Origin: Candidatus Aenigmatarchaeota archaeon
GTDB lineage: Archaea; Aenigmatarchaeota; Aenigmatarchaeia; Aenigmatarchaeales; JACQIB01
Length of the DNA: 64,000 nucleotides
Assembly (NCBI GenBank): GCA_016198755.1
Contig: JACQIB010000005.1
Span: 96,001 to 160,000 of the forward strand
Direction of reading: 5' to 3'
The notes under the pieces: model-generated
What the model was told of the DNA's origin: nothing
Seen by the model: only the letters and a program-made list of their open reading frames with translations
Database searches by the model: none
In this document: positions 57,572 through 64,000 of the stretch, one piece after another
Numbering within the stretch: position 1 is the stretch's first letter
Layout of the letters: every line of letters begins with the position of its first letter
Position numbers and translations under genes: made by a program

Positions 57572-59500
57572 TTAACCTACCCGTTCTCCGGGTTTTACCT
57601 TTTTCTCTGGTACAACTAAAGCCAGCTTTCCCTCATTTGTTCCAACAGCTAAAAGCATTGCCTCGCTTGTTAGCCCGAACTTTTTGTATTCGCGTGGAGC
57701 AAGGTTTTTCAGCAAAATTACCTGCTTTCCTATTAGTTCTTCTGGACTGTAAGATTGAGCTATGCCTGCAACAATTGTTTTCTTTTCTCCTGAATTAACT
57801 GTAAGTTTCAGCAGCTTGTCTGCTCCTTCTATCTTTTCTGCTGACAAAATTTCAGCTGAAACAATCTCCAGCTTTTCAAAGTCAGACCAGCTTGCCTGTA
57901 TACCTGTTTCCACCGTTTTCTGCTGTGCAGGAGGTTCATACTTTTTGAACAATATCTCCTTCTTTCCAAGCTTTCCTGCTTTTAGAACACCGAATTTATC
58001 TATCTGCTTTCTGTTAAATTCTGGAAGCAGACCAAGCTGTGAGTAGATTTTTTCAGCTGTAGCTGGCAGGAAAGGGGATAAAAGAGCAGCGGAGAATCTT
58101 ATGCCTTCTAAAAGAGTATAAATTATTTCTGCAAGCTTGTTTTTGTCTTGGACTTTCCAGGGCTCGGTTTCGTTAATATAGTTATTTAGAGTAGAAGTAA
58201 AAGAGAAGATTTCCCCCAGTGCTAAATGCAGCTTAAAGTTTTCAATATTTTTCTCCACCTTTTCTCTCGTTTCCAGAGCTATGAGAGCTATTTTCTCATT
58301 GGACTTTGCTTTTGGAATGCCTGAAAAATACTTTTCAGCTAAAGTTAGAGATCTGTTTAATAAGTTTCCTAAATTATCTGCTAAATCCTTGTTATACCGC
58401 TCTATGAAAATTGTGCGGGAAAAGTTCCCGTCCTCGTCAGAGGGGATTTCCCTGAGCAAATAGTGCCTTAACGCTTCTGCCCCGAATTCTTTTATGTAGT
58501 CTACAGGGTCTATAACATTTCCTATTGTTTTGCTCATTTTTTGTCCTTCAATTGTAACAAAGCCATGTGTCAAAATCTTCTTTAAAGTAGGAAGACCGGC
58601 AGAAAGGAGCATTGCTTCCCACAAAATAGCATGGAAACGGAGGATATCCTTTCCTAAAATCTGCAAATCCTGAGGCCAGCACTGCGCAAACAGTTTTTTG
58701 TCTGAGCTAAAGCCTATTCCTGAAAGGTAGTTTGTAAGGGCATCGCACCATACATACATTACTTGTCCTTTATCCCCGGGTACTGGCACACCCCACGTTA
58801 AAGTTTTTGTGGAGCGGGAAAAGCTAACATCTTCCAGTCCCTCTTTCAAAAAAGAGAGCATTTCACTCTTTTTGCCCTCTGGCAGGATTTCCAGCTCTCC
58901 GGATTCTATCAACCTTATTATTTTGCCTGTATATTTGGATAAAAAGAAAAACCAGTTTTCCTCTTCTATCTCATCTGGCTTTTTGTTATGAAGTGGACAG
59001 ATACCATCTACCAAGTCGCGGAGATTCTTGAAGGATTCGCAGCCTGTACAGTAAAGCCCGCTATATTTTTTCTTGTACAAATCCTTGCTTTTTTTCAGCC
59101 TTTTCCAGATTTCCTGAGCTGTTGGATAGTGTCTTTCTTTGTCAGTAGTGCGGATAAAATCATTATTGGAAAGGTTTAGTTCCTTTGCAAGTAACGCAAC
59201 TTTTGAAACGTTTTCATCCACAAATTGTTCCACAGGCTTTCCGGCCTTTTCTGCAGCCTGCTGGTTTTTCAGCCCATGCTCGTCAGTTCCAATAAGAAAA
59301 AACACCTTCTTTCCCAGCAATCTATTCCAGCGGGCATAAACATCGCCTTCTGTAAACTCAAGTGCATGCCCAATATGTGGCTTTGCGTTTGTATAGGGAA
59401 TTGAAGTTGCAATATAGAAGAATTTTTTAGACGATTTAGTTGTAGAAAAACGTTTACTTTTGCCCTTAACCTTTGGTTTGCGTGTGCGTAGTTTTCTCAC
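57572..59500 (-). CDS. metG: methionyl-tRNA synthetase with C-terminal tRNA-binding domain
   Basis: PHIGH, GTDEHG, YVWCDAL, GKDILRFH, KMSKT, ADKLLKL. Confidence 0.95.
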   Translation of the reverse strand: MRKLRTRKPKVKGKSKRFSTTKSSKKFFYIATSIPYTNAKPHIGHALEFTEGDVYARWNRLLGKKVFFLIGTDEHGLKNQQAAEKAGKPVEQFVDENVSKVALLAKELNLSNNDFIRTTDKERHYPTAQEIWKRLKKSKDLYKKKYSGLYCTGCESFKNLRDLVDGICPLHNKKPDEIEEENWFFFLSKYTGKIIRLIESGELEILPEGKKSEMLSFLKEGLEDVSFSRSTKTLTWGVPVPGDKGQVMYVWCDALTNYLSGIGFSSDKKLFAQCWPQDLQILGKDILRFHAILWEAMLLSAGLPTLKKILTHGFVTIEGQKMSKTIGNVIDPVDYIKEFGAEALRHYLLREIPSDEDGNFSRTIFIERYNKDLADNLGNLLNRSLTLAEKYFSGIPKAKSNEKIALIALETREKVEKNIENFKLHLALGEIFSFTSTLNNYINETEPWKVQDKNKLAEIIYTLLEGIRFSAALLSPFLPATAEKIYSQLGLLPEFNRKQIDKFGVLKAGKLGKKEILFKKYEPPAQQKTVETGIQASWSDFEKLEIVSAEILSAEKIEGADKLLKLTVNSGEKKTIVAGIAQSYSPEELIGKQVILLKNLAPREYKKFGLTSEAMLLAVGTNEGKLALVVPEKKVKPGERVG

Positions 59501-59601
59501 CTTTTCCTATATGTATAATTTGTTATTAAACCTATTTAATTAAATGTTTTAACCATTTCTATGTACTATAGATAAATAAGTTTAAATACTACAAATACAA
59601 C

Positions 59602-59841
59602 ATGTTTAACATGGGAACGCAGATTACAATAAGAGATGTGGATACGAAAACATTTAGGGAGTTTAAGGCTGCATCTGTGTCTAGGGGATTGAAATTGGGA
59701 ACTGCAGTAACTTTGGCCATGGAAAAATTCAAGTCAGAAATAGAGGGAAAGGAAAAATTTGCAGCGCTAAAACCCATTAAATGGGGGAAAGGAACGGAAC
59801 GAGTAAGCGAAGATGTTGACAAAATACTTTATGGCGAGTGA
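59602..59841 (+). CDS. VapB-type antitoxin (ribbon-helix-helix)
   Basis: ITIRDVD...SEDVDKILYGE; GTGA overlap with the PIN gene. Confidence 0.8.
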   Translation: MFNMGTQITIRDVDTKTFREFKAASVSRGLKLGTAVTLAMEKFKSEIEGKEKFAALKPIKWGKGTERVSEDVDKILYGE

Positions 59842-60236
59842 AAATGATCTTTATAGATGCCAGTTTTTTTCTGGCTTATGATAACGAAAATGATGTGCAC
59901 CACAGCAGAGCTTTGGCTATTTTGGATGATATAGAAAAATATGGTCCTGTATTTACATCTGATTATATTCTAAATGAAGTTGTAGGAGTTGGCCTTAGAA
60001 AACTGGGAAAGGAGAGAGCCGTTACTTTGGGACAGCACATACTAAAAACAACTTTCATTATTAATGTAGATGAACATATTTTTTCTGAGAGTTGGGGAGC
60101 ATTTTCAAAGACCGATCTTAATTTAAGTCTTGTTGACTGCACGACATTGGTTATTATGAAGCTTGCGAATGCTGGCAAAATTGCAACCTTTGATAAAGAA
60201 TTCAGAAAAATAAATTATTTGGATGTTTTGGAGTAA
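59838..60236 (+). CDS. vapC: VapC PIN-domain toxin
   Basis: FIDASF, YILNEV, SLVDC, TFDKEF. Confidence 0.9.
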   Translation: MKMIFIDASFFLAYDNENDVHHSRALAILDDIEKYGPVFTSDYILNEVVGVGLRKLGKERAVTLGQHILKTTFIINVDEHIFSESWGAFSKTDLNLSLVDCTTLVIMKLANAGKIATFDKEFRKINYLDVLE

Positions 60237-60330
60237 AGATATTTTAAGCTTCCTACTCGCTTAATGGAAAGCCTTTTAAAGCTGCCTTTCCCCTAGGAAG
60301 GTTTTTGTTTCAAAAAAGCAATAATTTGGT

Positions 60331-60816
60331 ATGGCGCCTCCGCATGTTTACATCGAAGAAAAGAATGTCAGGGATCATAATAGACGGGGGCGTTTAGTTG
60401 CACTTATTAGATCTGATCCTGGAGTTAATTTTTCTGGGTTAAGGGAGTATATGGGAGAAAGGGGAACAGATGGGAGTGTAAAGCCGCTGCCGCAGGGAAG
60501 CCTGACTTATCATTTGGATATATTGGAAGAATTTGGACTGGTAAAGAGCGTTTATAGAGGCAGGGAAAGGCTTCTCTATCCAACAGGTTTCAAAGTACCT
60601 AGAAACCATCTGAGAACTGAAGAGGATAATAGAATATTGGATATTTTGAGAGGAGTACCGGAAGTAACCCAGAGCAGGCTGGCAGAGCTTGCTGAAGTTG
60701 CGCAGAGCACAATGAGCTATAGGCTGAGAAGGCTTGCTGATTATATAAAAGTGGAAAGGGTTGGGAAAGAAAATAGGTTGTTTGCAAAGGATGTGGAAGA
60801 TGATAAGGTTATTTAA
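60331..60816 (+). CDS. double winged-helix DNA-binding protein
   Basis: PGVNFSGL..LTYHLDILEEFGLV and ILDILR..VTQSRLAELAEVAQSTMSYRLRRL. Confidence 0.78.
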   Translation: MAPPHVYIEEKNVRDHNRRGRLVALIRSDPGVNFSGLREYMGERGTDGSVKPLPQGSLTYHLDILEEFGLVKSVYRGRERLLYPTGFKVPRNHLRTEEDNRILDILRGVPEVTQSRLAELAEVAQSTMSYRLRRLADYIKVERVGKENRLFAKDVEDDKVI

Positions 60817-60846
60817 GTTTTGATTATCGAGTTTTAACTGGATAAT

Positions 60847-61626
60847 ATGGTAACAACAAACAGGGATATAATAGATAATTTAGCTCCTCTGCTGGATTCC
60901 CCTAAATACAATGAACAGGGGATTGGAGCTCCACTAAGGTTTGTGAATGGTTCTGTTGATGGGCAACTGGACTGGAAAAAGAAAGGTTACCTATCCAGAT
61001 TAACATGGTCTGAGGCAAGGAGAGTTGCTGGATTAAGGGGGGAGAAATTGTGCTCCCTTCCAGGAGCGATTGCAAACCTTAGCTTTATTCCTGATGGGTA
61101 TGGGGTTCATTTGGCTGGACCTGTTTTTTATAGACCCGAACCTGTTGGGACTGCAAAACCTGCTGCTGAAGGGATAAGGGTTGAGAGGGTTTATATGCTA
61201 AAGGAACCTGCGGTAACCCTTAGTGGAGAGCAGGTTGTGCTGGATGGAGTGAATGTAAAAAATGGTTCATTGGTATGCAAAGATTTTATAGATGCTGAGC
61301 TGGCATTTGAGGATTATAGATTGAGAGCTGTTGGAATGGATGATTTTATTGGGCTTGCTGAAAGAAATGGGCTGTTTAGGAGGGGTGAACTGGAGGCTGT
61401 TAGTATAAGGGATTTGGAGGAACAGCCGAAAGCTGAAGAAAGGGTTGTTCTTGACAAAAAAGTGCATTTCCAGTTTGGTGGGGGGAGATGGGCTCTTCCA
61501 AAATTAAGTTCTTTGGGTAATAGGGTTACAGAAGAGGGGAATAATGTTGCTTTGCTTTATGTTGAGTTTGTGCCAGCAACTGAAGCTGATGGATTTACTC
61601 TAGTAATGCCGGAAAGAAAGATTTAA
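60847..61626 (+). CDS. hypothetical protein (ORFan)
   Basis: 259 aa open frame, no recognisable motif. Confidence 0.6.
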   Translation: MVTTNRDIIDNLAPLLDSPKYNEQGIGAPLRFVNGSVDGQLDWKKKGYLSRLTWSEARRVAGLRGEKLCSLPGAIANLSFIPDGYGVHLAGPVFYRPEPVGTAKPAAEGIRVERVYMLKEPAVTLSGEQVVLDGVNVKNGSLVCKDFIDAELAFEDYRLRAVGMDDFIGLAERNGLFRRGELEAVSIRDLEEQPKAEERVVLDKKVHFQFGGGRWALPKLSSLGNRVTEEGNNVALLYVEFVPATEADGFTLVMPERKI

Positions 61627-61630
61627 AATG

Positions 61631-61812
61631 ACCGTCAGGTGCAAGGGGCCGAAGCCCCAAGCCTGCGGTTGCTCTTGCTCTTTGGGTTTGTGAAAACCTT
61701 TGGCACTCACCTCTCAAATTAAATTGCTGCCGGCGGGGTTTTCATCCGCAGCAGCTGAAAAGAGTTACCGGCCCTCACAGGAGGTATCTGTAAGAGCCCA
61801 CCGCGCTGACCA
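61631..61812 (-). ncRNA. candidate structured RNA / leader (unidentified)
   Basis: GC-rich intergenic block with three hairpins (61770-61798, 61726-61755, 61631-61669 including GGGGC-UUCG-GCCCC on the minus strand); TTTATATA box at 61827-61834. Confidence 0.55.
61635..61706 (-). CDS. candidate 23-aa peptide within the structured RNA
   Basis: GAGAGGTGA directly before GTG; MPKVFTNPKSKSNRRLGASAPCT-TGA. Confidence 0.35.
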   Translation of the reverse strand: MPKVFTNPKSKSNRRLGASAPCT

Positions 61813-61875
61813 GAACTATGGGGGAGTATATAAACTCCTTATGAAGAGGTAATAGGGACTTTAGGTTCAGCTTTT

Positions 61876-62655
61876 TCAGGGCTTTTGGAAAGCTAGGAAA
61901 ACCCCTTCTATATCGTCTCCATTAATTCCGGAAGAATGGACTCTCTCGTTTCCTGCTTTTGAAAACCCTTCAGAAAGCATAGCAGCCTGTGTCATATCTC
62001 TATACTCGTCAAAAATAGGTATACTCAGCCTGTCATAGATTATTACCATACCATGTGGCATAACCCAAGAAGATACTAAAGGAGCTACTCTCCTTCTTAA
62101 AAATGCTGCAGATTCTGGGTTGGAAAGTCTGGTATTATGGGCTTCAGTAATGGTAGCCACTATATTTGTTAAAACAACTGCATCGTATTTTTTGTCAGGT
62201 TTGTAAGTTAAAACGTCCTGCACAGAAAAGCTTGCATTGGCTGCAGAATATTTGGCTTTTCTCGTTTCTGCAACCTGTATTGATTCATCCACCATATCAA
62301 TTCCGTGCACTGTTGATTCTGGGTTTTGCAAAGCATACCAGACAGTTTTCAGTCCTGTAAAGCAGCCTGCATCAAGTATAGCTTTTCTTCCTTTTAGTTT
62401 CCTGTTTACCTTTTCTGTTATTGTTAGATTCTCTCCGTATTTAGCTGATTCAAAAAGATGGTCTACACCATTACTTGCCTGGAAGGCATAAGCTGAAAAA
62501 TCAGCACTGCTTGGACGCTGCGCGTTCCCAAGAAGACGAAACAGTTCTCTGGCCTTATCTATGCCGAGTATGGAAATCTCTTCTTCTACTAGCTGAGAGT
62601 CACTGATTCTTCTCACGCCTTCTGCTGCTAAATAGGCTGGCAGGCTAAGAACCAT
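61876..62655 (-). CDS. class I SAM-dependent methyltransferase
   Basis: ILDAGCFTG, VHGID, VQDV, YDAVV. Confidence 0.8.
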   Translation of the reverse strand: MVLSLPAYLAAEGVRRISDSQLVEEEISILGIDKARELFRLLGNAQRPSSADFSAYAFQASNGVDHLFESAKYGENLTITEKVNRKLKGRKAILDAGCFTGLKTVWYALQNPESTVHGIDMVDESIQVAETRKAKYSAANASFSVQDVLTYKPDKKYDAVVLTNIVATITEAHNTRLSNPESAAFLRRRVAPLVSSWVMPHGMVIIYDRLSIPIFDEYRDMTQAAMLSEGFSKAGNERVHSSGINGDDIEGVFLAFQKP

Positions 62656-62714
62656 TAGAAACCCCCAGTGCAAAAAGCTTTTAAAGGTTTGGTGGGAAGG
62701 ATGAATTGGTAATA

Positions 62715-63353
62715 ATGGCTATAGAAGGGTTTTTACTCCCGGTCAGGTTTTACGGATATGACTCTGTAATCTACTTAGTTTCAGCGCTAATAGGGCTGGC
62801 AATAGCCTATAAGGCTTACAAGCTTTATTCAGTTTCAGAAAAAAACCAGCACTATAACCTGTTTGTAGGGTTTTCTATACTGGCTGTTGGATTATTAACA
62901 ATTTCCTTAACAAGTGCCTATTCCTATCTGAAGTTTTTTGAGCAGAAGGAACTGCTTTTGTTTAACGGGTATTTTGATGTGGCTGATGTAGGTTACTGGA
63001 TTTACTTTGGTGCAAGCTTTTTGGCATACTGGTTTTTGATAAACATGTATGCTCCTGATAAAAAGGGTGTTTTCCTTTTGAGCCTTCCAATGACATTTAA
63101 CTATTATTCCTATCTGAATGTTGGATTGTTCTTTTTTGCTCTTTATCTGGCTTTCAGGAGCGCTGTAAGCTATTTCTCGAACAAAAACCAGAATGGATTC
63201 TGGGTTATGGGAGCATTTGTGTTAATGGCTGTTTATCATGCGGTTTTGCTTTTTACGCCTTTCTTTAAAGGGTTCTATATTTTGGCGCATGTTTCTTTGA
63301 TTTTGAGCTTTGCTTTCCTGCTCTATATGCTCATAAGGGTGAATAGAGAGTGA
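62715..63353 (+). CDS. multi-pass membrane protein (about 7 TM)
   Basis: Hydrophobic helices throughout; GTGA overlap with the downstream wHTH gene. Confidence 0.75.
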   Translation: MAIEGFLLPVRFYGYDSVIYLVSALIGLAIAYKAYKLYSVSEKNQHYNLFVGFSILAVGLLTISLTSAYSYLKFFEQKELLLFNGYFDVADVGYWIYFGASFLAYWFLINMYAPDKKGVFLLSLPMTFNYYSYLNVGLFFFALYLAFRSAVSYFSNKNQNGFWVMGAFVLMAVYHAVLLFTPFFKGFYILAHVSLILSFAFLLYMLIRVNRE

Positions 63354-63664
63354 TACAGCAGGTTAAAAATAAATGGGAGGAAGAGGATGATAGCAGAAGG
63401 TCTAAAATAGGAATTTTAGTGGATATTTTAAGGCTTATACAAAAGAAAGGCGGGGTTGCAAAGCCAACACATATTCTTTATGGTGCTAATCTTAGTCATG
63501 TCAGATTAAACAAATATATGGATGTTTTAATGGATAAGCAGTTTGTAGAAACAGTAAATGCCGGGGGGAGGGGAGTTTACAGGATTACTGATAAGGGAAT
63601 GGAATTTGTAAGGGAGTTTAGGAAAGTGGAGCAGTTTTCTGAAGCTTTTGGAGTGCCAATCTAG
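63350..63664 (+). CDS. archaeal winged-helix regulator
   Basis: RRSK..I..DIL, KPTHILYGANLS, YRITDKG.EF. Confidence 0.85.
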   Translation: MIQQVKNKWEEEDDSRRSKIGILVDILRLIQKKGGVAKPTHILYGANLSHVRLNKYMDVLMDKQFVETVNAGGRGVYRITDKGMEFVREFRKVEQFSEAFGVPI

Positions 63665-63999
63665 GCTTTCTTGAAAAAGCAGTAATCAACAAGTTTTTCG
63701 GGACTTACAGTACCTGATATAAGTGCCTGTGCAGAAAAATCTTCTATTGTTTCTGAAGAGATTATTGGTTTGTTTTTTGCATAGCTGTAGGCTATTTCCA
63801 GTGCAACTGTTTTGCCTATATAGCCATCCTTTGAGTATATGTAAACAAAATCTATATTATCTATTTCTTTGAAAGCGCGCAACAATGCTGACTTTTCGCT
63901 TTCAAGAGTGTCCTGCTGGGAGCTGTCCCATTCTCCTGCGGTTTTTGCATTTATTCCTTTGGACTTTAACAGCTGGAGAAGTTTAACTATTTCCAGATA
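63661..63999 (-). CDS. nucleoside 2-deoxyribosyltransferase-like protein (5' end beyond the window)
   Basis: Frame open to the window end; IDNIDFVYI..DGYIGKTVALEIAYSY.KNKPI. Confidence 0.6.
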   Translation of the reverse strand, partial: YLEIVKLLQLLKSKGINAKTAGEWDSSQQDTLESEKSALLRAFKEIDNIDFVYIYSKDGYIGKTVALEIAYSYAKNKPIISSETIEDFSAQALISGTVSPEKLVDYCFFKKA

Positions 64000-64000
64000 A

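Noticed and set aside
61623-61637. Selenocysteine read-through of the peptide's UGA (C-T-U-R-S-F)
   Set aside because: No archaeal SECIS GAA/A motif recognised and no Sec machinery in the window.
61631-61812. RNase P RNA, SRP RNA or tmRNA
   Set aside because: Only fragmentary resemblance (AAACCCCGCCGGCAGCAA; GAGCAACCG). There are no P4 strands, no SRP helix-8 CAGG-GNRA motif, and no T-arm or CCA end.

Overview
This is a 64 kb archaeal chromosomal segment: TBP, MCM, GatDE, exosome/proteasome superoperon, TATA-box promoters and GGTGA-type RBSs. Compact gene spacing and many ORFans suggest a DPANN-type (possibly Aenigmarchaeota-like) organism, which is an inference. Main blocks: (1) truncated mcm, then a RelE toxin-antitoxin cassette bracketed by repeated copies of the tbp 3' end. 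(2) A tightly coupled 9-gene operon (6662-18000, minus): intein-containing glmS, HAD, nucleotidyltransferase, YvcK/GlmR, GlmU-HAD fusion, a three-part ATP-citrate-lyase-like system and PGI/PMI, facing a divergent HTH regulator. (3) MazEF, gatD-HIT-gatE, an ABC exporter, ABCE1 and YchF. (4) A thymidine kinase / CARF-like regulator / MtrA-ThyA fusion / tandem HAD locus. (5) The rpl15e-RNase P-proteasome-exosome superoperon, repeatedly interrupted by single ORFans. (6) metG, VapBC, and a GC-rich structured RNA-like element (61631-61812, minus) carrying a 23-codon ORF. No rRNA, tRNA or CRISPR array was recognised. All calls come from reading motifs by eye; no database searches or folding programs were run.
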